Source: Thermodesulfobacteriota bacterium
Lineage (GTDB): Bacteria > Desulfobacterota > Desulfobulbia > Desulfobulbales > SURF-16
Assembly (NCBI GenBank): GCA_040755455.1
Contig: JBFMAY010000011.1
Location: 24,330 to 88,329 of the forward strand
Direction: 5' to 3'
Length of the DNA stretch: 64,000 nucleotides
Shown: in pieces, positions 20,530 through 30,799 of the stretch
Layout of the letters: each line of letters opens with the position of its first letter
How positions within the stretch are numbered: position 1 is the stretch's first letter
The notes under the pieces: model-generated
The model's database searches: none
What the model saw: only the letters and a program-made list of their open reading frames with translations
Told to the model about the DNA's origin: nothing
Program-made: the position numbers and the translations under genes

Positions 20530-21251
20530 TGGCATTGCTTGAAGCCAGAAATATCGTCAAGTCATACAAGAACAGGCGGGTTGTCGATGGCATCTGCCTG
20601 CAGGTGGACAGCGGCAAGGTGATCGGCATGCTGGGGCCCAACGGCGCCGGCAAAACAACATCCTTTTACGCCATTGCCGGTTTTGTCCGGCCGGATGCCG
20701 GGCAGGTGCTGCTTGACGGCAAGGATATCACCGCCCTGCCGATTCACAAAAGGGCGCTGAACGGCATTTCCTATCTGGCCCAGGAACCGTCGATTTTTAA
20801 AAAGCTGACGGTTGAGGAAAATGTCAGAATTATCCTGGAGCCGCTGGGCGTGGCGAAAAAGGAGATCGACCGGCGGATCAGTCAGCTCATGCAGGAACTG
20901 AAAATCGAATATCTTGCCAAGAATAAAGGGCATGCTTTATCCGGCGGCGAACGGCGGCGGGTGGAAATCATGCGGGCCCTTGCCACCAATCCGCGCTTTA
21001 TCCTGCTTGATGAACCTTTTGCCGGCATTGATCCTTTATCGGTGGCGGACCTGCAGATCATTATCAAGGAGTTGAAAGAAAAGGGCCTTGGCGTGCTGAT
21101 ATCGGACCATAATGTCAGAGAGACCCTGTCTGTCTGCGATTTTGCGTATATTGTCAACAACGGCAGAACATTAACCAGCGGGGTGGCGGAAGAAATCGTC
21201 AATTGCGAAGAGGCCCGCCGCATGTATCTTGGCCACGACTTTGTAATGTGA
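20529..21251 (+). CDS. lptB: LPS export ABC transporter ATP-binding protein
   Basis: GPNGAGKTT, YLAQEPSIF, LSGGERRRVEI, LLDEPFAGIDP. Confidence 0.95.
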   Translation: MALLEARNIVKSYKNRRVVDGICLQVDSGKVIGMLGPNGAGKTTSFYAIAGFVRPDAGQVLLDGKDITALPIHKRALNGISYLAQEPSIFKKLTVEENVRIILEPLGVAKKEIDRRISQLMQELKIEYLAKNKGHALSGGERRRVEIMRALATNPRFILLDEPFAGIDPLSVADLQIIIKELKEKGLGVLISDHNVRETLSVCDFAYIVNNGRTLTSGVAEEIVNCEEARRMYLGHDFVM

Positions 21252-21323
21252 TAGCAAATACCAGCCAGTGCTATTATAGTAAAATTACGTAAAAATAAAA
21301 AAACTGCTTAAACAGAAAGAAAA

Positions 21324-22799
21324 ATGTCATTCCTGGAATTAAAACAACATCTTAAGCTCGCCCAGCAGCTGGTCATGACCCCCCAGTTGCAGCAGGCCAT
21401 CAAGCTGCTCCAGCTTTCCCGCCTGGAGCTGGTGGACACCATTCAGCACGAGATTGAACAGAATCCGCTGCTGGAGGAGGAAGCTCCAGGAAGCCTTGCA
21501 GATACTGAGTCCGGCCAGGATATTGAGGCTCCGCCCGAAAGCGATATGCCGATTATCGCGGAAAAGACCACCGAAGTTACCCTGGGAGAACATCCGTCAA
21601 CATTGACGGAAATCGACTGGTCCGATTATGTCAATGAATACGAAAGCGGCGGCGCCTACAAGCCGCGCGAATCACCCGGGGAAGACCAGCCCTCCCGCTT
21701 TGACATTCTCACCCAGACGCCGGACCTGCATAGCCATCTGAGCTGGCAGCTCAACCTTTCGGATGTCACGGAGGAAGAACGAAAGGTCGGTTTTTTCATC
21801 CTAGGCAATCTGGACCACGACGGTTTTCTCAAGGTCAGCGATGAGGAGATCATCGAAGCAACCGGCTGCGATCCGCAGATGGCAAAGGACATGATCGACC
21901 TGATCCAGGATATGGATCCATCCGGGGTGGGTGCCCGCGATGTCAAGGAATCACTGCTGTTGCAGCTGAAAAGGCTGGGACTGGCGAACTCCCTGCCGGC
22001 AACAATCGTGCAGGATCATCTCCATTTTCTGGAAACAAAGAATTACGGCGCCATCAGCAAGGCCACCAGACAGCCGATCAGCGATGTGCTCGCCGCCGTG
22101 AAGATTATAGTCGGCCTTGACCCCCATCCGGGCCGGGTCTACTCTGATGAATCGCCCCACTACATTCTGCCGGATGTCTTTATCCAGAAGATTGATGACG
22201 AATATGTCATCATGCTCAATGATGAAGGACTGCCCCGCCTGAAAATCAGCAGCTACTACCGGGAGATCCTCAAGGAGAAAAGAGGGCAGCAGGACGCAAC
22301 CAAAGACTACATCCAGGAAAAGCTCAAATCCGCCGCCTGGCTCATCAAAAGCATCCAGCAGCGGCAGCGGACCATTTACAAGGTGGTTGAGAGCATCCTG
22401 AAGTTTCAATACGACTTTTTCGAAAAAGGGGTCGCCTACCTTAAACCGCTGGTGCTCCGGGATGTGGCGGAAGACATCGAAATGCACGAATCCACCATCA
22501 GCCGCGTTACCACCAATAAATACGTGCACACGCCCCAGGGAATTTTTGAACTGAAATATTTCTTCACCTCCTCCATCGAGAGAAAGGACGGTGGCGACTC
22601 TCTTTCCTCGGAAAGCATCAAGGAACGTATCCGTCATATCATCCAGGGGGAGAACCCGGACAGACCGATGAGCGACCTGGCCCTTTCCGAGATATTTCAA
22701 AAGGATGGCATCCAGCTTGCCCGCCGGACCGTGGCAAAATATCGTGAGCAGCTTGGTATTCTCTCTTCCAAATTCCGCAAACGGCCCAACCTAAACTGA
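21324..22799 (+). CDS. rpoN: RNA polymerase sigma-54 factor
   Basis: MTPQLQQAIKLLQL, HESTISR, RpoN box ARRTVAKYRE. Confidence 0.97.
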   Translation: MSFLELKQHLKLAQQLVMTPQLQQAIKLLQLSRLELVDTIQHEIEQNPLLEEEAPGSLADTESGQDIEAPPESDMPIIAEKTTEVTLGEHPSTLTEIDWSDYVNEYESGGAYKPRESPGEDQPSRFDILTQTPDLHSHLSWQLNLSDVTEEERKVGFFILGNLDHDGFLKVSDEEIIEATGCDPQMAKDMIDLIQDMDPSGVGARDVKESLLLQLKRLGLANSLPATIVQDHLHFLETKNYGAISKATRQPISDVLAAVKIIVGLDPHPGRVYSDESPHYILPDVFIQKIDDEYVIMLNDEGLPRLKISSYYREILKEKRGQQDATKDYIQEKLKSAAWLIKSIQQRQRTIYKVVESILKFQYDFFEKGVAYLKPLVLRDVAEDIEMHESTISRVTTNKYVHTPQGIFELKYFFTSSIERKDGGDSLSSESIKERIRHIIQGENPDRPMSDLALSEIFQKDGIQLARRTVAKYREQLGILSSKFRKRPNLN

Positions 22800-22818
22800 T
22801 CCCTGATGACGCAACGTC

Positions 22819-23277
22819 GTGCTTGACACCATAACAGAAAATAGAATAGCCCCCCGCATGCAGGCGACCACAAAGAAGGAGGCTCTGCACGAACTTACGG
22901 ATCTGATGCACACCGCCTGCCCATCCTGCGGCAGCAAGCAAGATATTGTCACAATCCTCTCCGAAAGAGAACAGATCGGCTCAACCGGCATTGGCGATGG
23001 TGTTGCCATTCCCCACGGCAAACTAGCCTGTCTTTCCCGGATAGAAATCTGCTTCGGCAGAAGCATTCCGGGTGTCCCGTTCGCCTCTGCCGACAACAAG
23101 CCTGTCCACCTCTTTTTTCTGCTGCTTGCCCCGACGGCTTCATCCGCCCCCTATCTCAAGGCCCTGGCCCGGCTTGCACGCTTTCTCAAAAGCCCGCATA
23201 CCCGCTCCCGTCTACTCCATGCCGAGGGCGCCCATGAAATCGCCAACATCTTCGCCGAAACCAGTGAATTCACATAA
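22819..23277 (+). CDS. ptsN: PTS IIA (Ntr/Fru type)
   Basis: REQIGSTGIGDGVAIPHGK. Confidence 0.9.
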   Translation: MLDTITENRIAPRMQATTKKEALHELTDLMHTACPSCGSKQDIVTILSEREQIGSTGIGDGVAIPHGKLACLSRIEICFGRSIPGVPFASADNKPVHLFFLLLAPTASSAPYLKALARLARFLKSPHTRSRLLHAEGAHEIANIFAETSEFT

Positions 23278-24133
23278 ACTGCAGATCATCATCATCACCG
23301 GCCTGGCCGGCGCCGGCAAAACTACTGCTCTCAACGCCTTTGAGGATATGGGCTATTACGCCATTGACAACCTGCCCGTCTTTCTCCTCAAGGAACTGCA
23401 GGACAAGGCCGGCACCGAGCACCTGCACAACAGAAAACTGGCGCTGGTCATGGACTGCCGCGACCCATCCTTCCTTCCCTCATTCACCTCTGTTGTCATG
23501 CAGGCCGGCAACAACCTGGACAAGGAAATCCTTTTTCTGGACTGCAACGAGGAAGTTCTGCTCAGGCGCTACAGCCAGTTGCGCCGCCAGCATCCGCTGG
23601 CAACCGACGGCACGATCCGCGAGGCCGTCGTCAGAGAAAAACAAACCATGCAGCCTCTGCTGACGCAGGCCACCAGGGTCATTGATACCTCCGGCATAAC
23701 CCCCCACGAACTGGCAAGGCAGCTGCGCAAAATTTACGGCAATCAGGACGCAACGGACCGCTTTGTGATCAACCTCATGTCGTTCGGCTTCAAACACGGC
23801 CCCCCGGCTGAAACAGACACCATCTGGGACGTCCGCTTCCTGCCCAATCCTTATTTCGTTCCCGAACTCAAACCCCATACCGGCCTAGACGAGCAAGTGG
23901 CCCACTATGTATTGGAGAATGAGACAAGCCGCCGTTTTTTTGCCCTGCTCGAACCGCTGCTTGCATTTCTCATCCCCCAATACATGAAGGAAGGAAAGGC
24001 CCAGTTCACCATCGGCATCGGCTGTACCGGCGGCAAACACCGTTCCGTAGCCGTCACCGAGAGGCTGAAACAGGTCCTCACCAGCCAGCACCTCAAGCTC
24101 TTCGTCGATCATCGCGACATTGACAAGGCATGA
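23264..24133 (+). CDS. rapZ: RNase adapter RapZ
   Basis: GTG start at 23264; TGLAGAGKT, IDNLP, SFGFKHG, DVRFLPNPYF, GCTGGKHRSV. Confidence 0.93.
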   Translation: MNSHKLQIIIITGLAGAGKTTALNAFEDMGYYAIDNLPVFLLKELQDKAGTEHLHNRKLALVMDCRDPSFLPSFTSVVMQAGNNLDKEILFLDCNEEVLLRRYSQLRRQHPLATDGTIREAVVREKQTMQPLLTQATRVIDTSGITPHELARQLRKIYGNQDATDRFVINLMSFGFKHGPPAETDTIWDVRFLPNPYFVPELKPHTGLDEQVAHYVLENETSRRFFALLEPLLAFLIPQYMKEGKAQFTIGIGCTGGKHRSVAVTERLKQVLTSQHLKLFVDHRDIDKA

Positions 24134-24572
24134 GCCGACAATCGACCATCAAGGACTGCCCCTGATCGCTTCACCGACCATCCCGCCCGTTGCTGCATAT
24201 CGGCCAAGGTTTCACCGCCCTCAACCAGGGAACTCGACGGCGGCGACTCCTGCCTGTTCGAAGACTGGCGGCCGCCCCCCTGGTTGCTCAACTCCTGGGC
24301 CAACCAGTCCCAATGGGGCAGCGGGATAGAGGAGAGAGATGCCGTCATTGTGTCCACGGGAAAAAAGCTTGCCAAGACTTTCCCATTCAGGGTAAGTTCA
24401 TTGACTATTTTGAAAAAAAAAATTAACGTGCTGGCAATTGAGACAAGTGCCGCTGGCCGATCTTTCTTTTCCCATGCTCAACGCCTCTCACGCATTCACG
24501 GTTCGCTCAATGGGCAACTCCACACATTTTGAGAGATCCGCACGGGACAACATAGTAACAGGATTATTCAAC

Positions 24573-26369
24573 ATGACAACAGTTCACTTTCGTTTTTCCC
24601 TGATCGCCATTCTACTCTTTTGGGTCATTTTAGCCGGCAACGATTCCGCCGCCGAGGAACCGGGCAAGGAATCTATCGCCATTCTGCCTTTTACGACAAA
24701 TGCCACCAAGGACATCTCCTATCTGCAGGCAGGCATCCGCAACATGCTGGCCAGCCGCCTGGCCGCAGACACAGGGCTCAGGGTGATTGACCAGTCCCGG
24801 GTTGACCAGCAGGCAGCGGCAGCCGGCAACAGCAAACAGCAAGACCAGCTGATGCGGCTCGGCAACGCCCTGCAGACGGATTATCTCTTGAGCGCCACGC
24901 TTACGGCCATCGGCCAGAGCCTCAGCCTTGACGCCAAGCTCTATCCGGTAAAAAACCCGGGCAAGCCGGTGGAGACGTTTTATGCCTCAGCCGCCACGGA
25001 AGATGGCATCATCGCCGCGGTGGACAGCCTGGCTTGGGATATTGCCGAAAAATCATTCGGCAAGCAACGCCCAGTACCGAAATATCCGCAGCAGGCGCAA
25101 ATGCCGGGCACCGCCGCCCCCATGCCCATGGCCCAGCCGGGCATGCAGCCTCCCGCCTTACCCACCGGTGAACCCCAGGGTGATCCGGCATACAGGACGG
25201 CTCATCCCGACCGCCAATTCATGGGCAGTTACCAGGGTGGAGGCTCCCCCATCATCTACCCTACGGCAATCACCAGCGCCTTTGGCTTCACGAAAACCCA
25301 GAACTTTGACTTCGCCCTGCAGGGCTTCGACACAGGCGACATTGACGGGGATGGCAAAAAGGATGTTGCCATTGCCGCCAAAAATAAAATATTTGTCTAC
25401 CACCTGATGGAGAACAGACTGGTGCCCTTCGGCGAGATAGAGCTGCAGAGCCGCTACAATGTCATCTCCCTGGACCTTGCCGATCTGAACGGCAACGGCA
25501 AGGCGGAAATTTATGTGACAAGTGTTGACTGGATAACCCCCAACTCCATGGGTATTGAGTGGCAGGGTAAAGAATTCGACTACCTCTTTAAAAACGAACG
25601 CTGGTACGTGAAAATCATGCATATTCCAGGACCCGGCAAGGTGCTGGTCGGCCAGCGGGCGGAAATCAACGGCCCCTTTTCCCGCGGCATCTTCCAGCTG
25701 CGGGTGACCGACAAGATCATCCAGCAGGAGGAGAAGCTGTCGGTGCCGGATGCGCTCAATCTCTATGACTTTTCCCTGGCCGACCTGGATGGCGACGGGA
25801 AAACCGAGGTGATTGCCCTTGACGAGTACGACACGCTGAGGGTGCTGCAGACAGGCGGCAAGCAGCTATGGAAAAGTGATGAAAACTACGGCGGCAGCCT
25901 GATCTATGTCGGCGGCGACAATCCGACGGCCAAAAGCGACAAAGACAACCTGGAGACAAGGACAAAAGAAAGGACCTACATCCATTCCCGTATCCTCGTC
26001 CAGGATGTCAACAATGACAACGTGCCCGATATCGTCATTAACAAAAATCTGTCAACCGCCTCCCGCGTGCTCAAAAACATGAAGAATTATCCGAGTGGCG
26101 AAATCCATGCCCTTGCCTGGAACGGCATAGGTCTGACCGATCTCTGGCGGACACGGAAAATTGACGGCTACGTTGCCTCTTATCAGCTTGACCGCGATCC
26201 GGACAACAAGGACGCTGCCACCCTTTTTGTCGGTATCATCACCAATACCGGCTGGCTGGATATTTTCTCGGCCAGCGACAGCACCGTGCTCATGTATCCG
26301 CTTGATCTGCGCAAAACAGAGACCCAGGATCAGAATGTTCAGCCGGGATACCAGTACATGGGCAACTGA
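24573..26369 (+). CDS. Exported FG-GAP/VCBS repeat protein
   Basis: Signal peptide; GDIDGDGKKDV, ADLNGNGKAEI, ADLDGDGKTEV, DVNNDNVPDI; N-terminal IAILPF domain and Pro/Gln linker. Confidence 0.8.
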   Translation: MTTVHFRFSLIAILLFWVILAGNDSAAEEPGKESIAILPFTTNATKDISYLQAGIRNMLASRLAADTGLRVIDQSRVDQQAAAAGNSKQQDQLMRLGNALQTDYLLSATLTAIGQSLSLDAKLYPVKNPGKPVETFYASAATEDGIIAAVDSLAWDIAEKSFGKQRPVPKYPQQAQMPGTAAPMPMAQPGMQPPALPTGEPQGDPAYRTAHPDRQFMGSYQGGGSPIIYPTAITSAFGFTKTQNFDFALQGFDTGDIDGDGKKDVAIAAKNKIFVYHLMENRLVPFGEIELQSRYNVISLDLADLNGNGKAEIYVTSVDWITPNSMGIEWQGKEFDYLFKNERWYVKIMHIPGPGKVLVGQRAEINGPFSRGIFQLRVTDKIIQQEEKLSVPDALNLYDFSLADLDGDGKTEVIALDEYDTLRVLQTGGKQLWKSDENYGGSLIYVGGDNPTAKSDKDNLETRTKERTYIHSRILVQDVNNDNVPDIVINKNLSTASRVLKNMKNYPSGEIHALAWNGIGLTDLWRTRKIDGYVASYQLDRDPDNKDAATLFVGIITNTGWLDIFSASDSTVLMYPLDLRKTETQDQNVQPGYQYMGN

Positions 26370-26371
26370 TA

Positions 26372-27382
26372 ATGGCCGGCCGGCAGCTTCGCCTTCTTGC
26401 GCCGCTGCGCCGGCTGATCCACGGCGCATTTTTGCTCTTCTGCCTGTTTATCGGCTGGCGTTTTTACCGGTTTTACCAGTGGGCGGTTGCCGGGGGCGAC
26501 TACACGCCAAGGCCTCCCTCCGTGGAGGCCTTTCTGCCCATTGGCGCCCTGGTCAGCCTCAAGCAGTTCATCCTCACCCGGCAGTATGACACCCTTCATC
26601 CTGCCGGGCTTACCATTTTCATTGCGGCCGTTGTTATTTCTTTGCTCTTCCGCAAAGGCTTTTGCGGCTGGCTATGCCCGGTTGGTTTCACCTCGGAGCT
26701 GCTCAATTCCTTGACCAGCAGGGTGATGGCCGCAGCCCGCCGCAGTAAAAGGCCTTACCTTCTCCGCCTGCCCCCATGGCTTGACTACCCCTTGGCGCTG
26801 CTCAAATACCTCCTCCTCGGGCTCTTCCTCTACCTTATCCTCTGGCAGATGGATCTCGCTGCCCTGGAAAATTTCAGCCGCTCGCCCTACAGCATCACAA
26901 CCGATGCCCGCATGCTGCTCTTTTTTCTCCACCCGTCAAACCTGGCTTTGGCCATCATGCTTTTCCTGGTGGCGGTGTCCATTGTTTTGCGCAATTTCTG
27001 GTGCCGTTATCTCTGCCCGTACGGAGCCCTGCTTGGCCTGCTCGCCCTGGCAGGCCCTCTGCAGCTTGCCCGGGACAAGGAGAAATGTATTGATTGCAAA
27101 AAATGCGAGGATAGCTGCCCCGCGGCCATCGAAATTACGGCAAAACAACAGCTGATAACCCCGCAATGCATTGGCTGCCTGGAGTGTGTGGCCCGCTGCC
27201 CGCAGCAGGACTGCCTGACCCTGACCGCTCTTTTTAGGAAAAAACTTTCCCCCTTTCTTCTGCCCTTGGCGCTTCTGACCCTCTTTTTTGCCATCTGGCT
27301 TGCGGCAAAAATAAACGGCCTCTGGCAGTCGTCCCTCCCGGATGATGCTTTCAAGCATTTTTATCTGCTGATCAATCGCTGA
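26372..27382 (+). CDS. 4Fe-4S binding membrane protein (NapH/MauN/NosR-like)
   Basis: FCGWLCP, WCRYLCPYG, CIDCKKCEDSCP, CIGCLECVARCP. Confidence 0.88.
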   Translation: MAGRQLRLLAPLRRLIHGAFLLFCLFIGWRFYRFYQWAVAGGDYTPRPPSVEAFLPIGALVSLKQFILTRQYDTLHPAGLTIFIAAVVISLLFRKGFCGWLCPVGFTSELLNSLTSRVMAAARRSKRPYLLRLPPWLDYPLALLKYLLLGLFLYLILWQMDLAALENFSRSPYSITTDARMLLFFLHPSNLALAIMLFLVAVSIVLRNFWCRYLCPYGALLGLLALAGPLQLARDKEKCIDCKKCEDSCPAAIEITAKQQLITPQCIGCLECVARCPQQDCLTLTALFRKKLSPFLLPLALLTLFFAIWLAAKINGLWQSSLPDDAFKHFYLLINR

Positions 27383-27807
27383 AGATGGCGCTTCCCACCA
27401 GTGGGATGGACAATCCCCCCGTTGTGCCCCGCCCCACAAATAAAAGCCACGGAGCCCATGTTCTGCCACAGAGGCCTGTAGTCATCAGACACCCTTTGTG
27501 ATTACCAGGCAACATTTACATTTTTGTGAATTTTAAAATATCATTTTTACCCAAAAAATACCGTAGCACTATTGACTCCCCATAAAGCCGTACTGCGCCC
27601 CGCAACTACCGGAATCCACCCGGAACTCACCATCCTGCCAGACCCAGCGCTTAGCCGTGTTTACATTTTTGATAATAACAAAAATATAAAAATTACATAA
27701 TTGTAATACATATTTTCCCCTACCGCTCAGCATTACACTCAAGACTTATCAATTATTTAGACGGATTATCAAACAGTTAAGAATAAACATCGCAAAAGGC
27801 CAGCCTT

Positions 27808-27823
27808 TGGCACACAACTGGCT
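27808..27823 (+). promoter_or_regulatory. Sigma-54 promoter of the glnK-amtB operon
   Basis: TGGCACACAACTGGCT, GG-N10-GC spacing, ~50 bp upstream of glnK. Confidence 0.7.
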
Positions 27824-27858
27824 ATACATGCTGACAAGGTAATTAACGATAACTTTAA

Positions 27859-28209
<351 letters not shown>

Positions 28210-28253
28210 CTTAAAAACACAAAATTAATTCTCTACTCTTTTGGTGAAATATC

Positions 28254-29651
28254 ATGAAAAAACCAATCACATCTCTTTTTGTTATTGCCGCGGCGATTTT
28301 TATCGTCAGTCTTGCTGGCAATGTTTTTGCCGCGGATGCCCCTGTTCCCAACAAAGGTGACACCTCCTGGATGATCGTGGCTACCGTCCTAGTTTCGCTG
28401 ATGACCATTCCAGGCCTGGCCCTTTTTTATGGCGGCCTGGTGCGGACCAAGAATATGCTTTCGTTATTAATGCAGGTATTTACTGTATTTTCCCTCTGTA
28501 TTGTCCTGTGGGTAATATATGGATACAGCCTGGCATTTACCGAGGGTAATGCCTTTTTCGGCGGCTTGAGTAAGATTTTCCTCAAAGGGATAACCGTTGA
28601 TTCCGTGGCCGCAACCTTCAGCAAGGGTGTGGTTATCCCGGAACTCATCTATGTCTTCTTCCAGGCAACCTTTGCCGCCATCACTCCGGCCCTGATACTC
28701 GGCGCCTTTGCCGAGCGCATGAAATTCTCCGCTGTGCTGGCCTTCATTGTCCTGTGGTTCACCTTCGCCTACCTGCCGGCAGCCCACATGGTCTGGTATT
28801 GGGCCGGCCCCGACGCCTACACCGATGCTGAGGCGGGCGCCAAGGCGGCAGCCACCGCCGGCTTTCTTTTCCAGAAAGGCGCAATCGATTTTGCCGGTGG
28901 AACAGTGGTTCATATTAATGCGGCCATTGCGGGTTTGATTGGCGCATTCATGGCAGGTAAACGTGTTGGCTATGGCAAGGAATCCATGGCGCCGCACAGT
29001 CTGACCATGACCATGATCGGCGCCTCTCTCCTGTGGGTTGGCTGGTTCGGTTTCAACGCTGGTTCCAATCTCGAAGCAACCGGTCTCGCCGCGTTGGCTT
29101 TCGGCAATACCATGACAGCAACAGCAGCTGCAGCGTTATCATGGCTTTTTCTGGAGTGGGGCATCAAAGGAAAACCGTCAATGCTCGGTGCGGCATCAGG
29201 CGCGGTGGCCGGCCTGGTGGCAATCACTCCTGCATGTGGTTTTGTCGGCATCGGCGGGGCGTTGGTTATTGGTTTACTGGCCGGCGCGCTCTGTCTCTGG
29301 GGTGTCAATGGACTCAAACGCCTGCTCGGAGCTGACGATGCCCTCGATGTGTTCGGTGTCCACGGCGTCGGCGGCATACTTGGCGCACTGCTGACCGGTG
29401 TTTTTGCCAATCCTGCCCTTGGTGGCGTTGGTGTCTATGACTATGTGGCAAACAGCGTCGCCGAGTATTCGACCAGCGCCCAGGTTATCAGTCAGCTTTG
29501 GGGTATCGGCACAACCCTTATCTGGTCCGGTATTGTCTCGGTTATCGCTTACAAGGTGGTGGATCTGGTTATTGGCCTGAGAGTGACTGAAGAAGAGGAA
29601 CGACAGGGACTTGACACTTCAAGCCACGGAGAATCAGCATATAAATATTGA
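28254..29651 (+). CDS. amtB: Ammonium transporter
   Basis: PGLALFYGGLVR, DFAGGTVVH, LLWVGWFGFNAGS, DDALDVFGVHG. Confidence 0.97.
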   Translation: MKKPITSLFVIAAAIFIVSLAGNVFAADAPVPNKGDTSWMIVATVLVSLMTIPGLALFYGGLVRTKNMLSLLMQVFTVFSLCIVLWVIYGYSLAFTEGNAFFGGLSKIFLKGITVDSVAATFSKGVVIPELIYVFFQATFAAITPALILGAFAERMKFSAVLAFIVLWFTFAYLPAAHMVWYWAGPDAYTDAEAGAKAAATAGFLFQKGAIDFAGGTVVHINAAIAGLIGAFMAGKRVGYGKESMAPHSLTMTMIGASLLWVGWFGFNAGSNLEATGLAALAFGNTMTATAAAALSWLFLEWGIKGKPSMLGAASGAVAGLVAITPACGFVGIGGALVIGLLAGALCLWGVNGLKRLLGADDALDVFGVHGVGGILGALLTGVFANPALGGVGVYDYVANSVAEYSTSAQVISQLWGIGTTLIWSGIVSVIAYKVVDLVIGLRVTEEEERQGLDTSSHGESAYKY

Positions 29652-29914
29652 TACCCTTGAAAATGTCGTCGCCATGGCGGAGAGCAGGAGTTGCAGGACT
29701 TTATGGATTTGGCATTTTGCAAGTCCGACCGGCTCCTGCCAGAAAATTCTCGAAATAACGATAAGCTGTTACTGTTTCAGAATCTCATTTTTCATGGCAA
29801 ATATTAAGTGTATCATGAATTGCAAAACATTATAGTAAATAACCGCTTTACCCCCCCCCCGGATTGTATGCCGGGGCATTTTCAATCAATCTATTTTTCC
29901 AAGGAGAAAGAAAA

Positions 29915-30715
29915 ATGAGAAAGAGCATGTTAACACTCGGCGGCATGGCCCTGCTGGGCATTTTCTGCACCGGCATCGCGGCATCCACCGCCTGGGCCGA
30001 AGAGGAAAAACCCACCGCGGAACTCAGCGTATCAGCTCTCAGCAAATATGTATGGCGCGGTTACGAGTTGAGCAAGGACAGCCTGGTCCTGCAGCCCTCC
30101 ATGACCGTTGGCTATAAAGGCTTCGGCTTTAACCTCTGGGGCAACCTTGACACGGACCAGCATGAATTTTTCGCCACCTCCGACGCGAACTCCACGACCT
30201 GGACCGAGACGGATATGACCCTCTCCTATAACGGCTCCTGCAGCTTCGCCGATTACGGGGTCGGCTATATCTATTACGCCATGGACGGCCTGGATGACAG
30301 CCAGGAGGTATACGTCAGCGCCACCCTGAAGACCCTGCTGTCGCCCTCGCTGACAATTTACCGGGACTATGATTTTTACCCGGGCTGGTATATCTCGGCC
30401 GGCATTTCCCACTCGTTTGCCATCACCGGGGAGCTATCCCTCGACCTGGGCGCCAAGATCGGCTACTACGACATAGATGACGAGGACACCGTGGCCGACC
30501 CGGATGATCCCAACGACGCATACAGCGGCTTGCATGACGGCCAGCTATCCGCCTCCATGACCTTTCCACTGGGCGAGTATTTCTCCATCACCCCGGAGAT
30601 CTACTACTCATTCCCGTTGGACAGCGATGCTGAAGATGTGATCGAAGCCGTCAGCGTCAACGGCAAGGACAGCGACTTTGTCTATGGCGGCGTCACCTTG
30701 AGCATGTCCTTCTAA
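29915..30715 (+). CDS. Putative outer-membrane porin (TorF-like)
   Basis: Signal peptide, SKYVWRG, beta-strand alternation, C-terminal Phe; AGGAG RBS. Confidence 0.75.
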   Translation: MRKSMLTLGGMALLGIFCTGIAASTAWAEEEKPTAELSVSALSKYVWRGYELSKDSLVLQPSMTVGYKGFGFNLWGNLDTDQHEFFATSDANSTTWTETDMTLSYNGSCSFADYGVGYIYYAMDGLDDSQEVYVSATLKTLLSPSLTIYRDYDFYPGWYISAGISHSFAITGELSLDLGAKIGYYDIDDEDTVADPDDPNDAYSGLHDGQLSASMTFPLGEYFSITPEIYYSFPLDSDAEDVIEAVSVNGKDSDFVYGGVTLSMSF

Positions 30716-30799
30716 AAGGCTGCAAAGAAGCAAACCAACTTCCCCCGGCGCGCAGGGTCTCTTTCGCCTCTCCTGCTCTGCGCGCCTCTTTCCGGACAG

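Noticed and set aside
24130..24340. Possible gene remnant after rapZ
   Set aside because: Fragments in several frames with no family I can identify.
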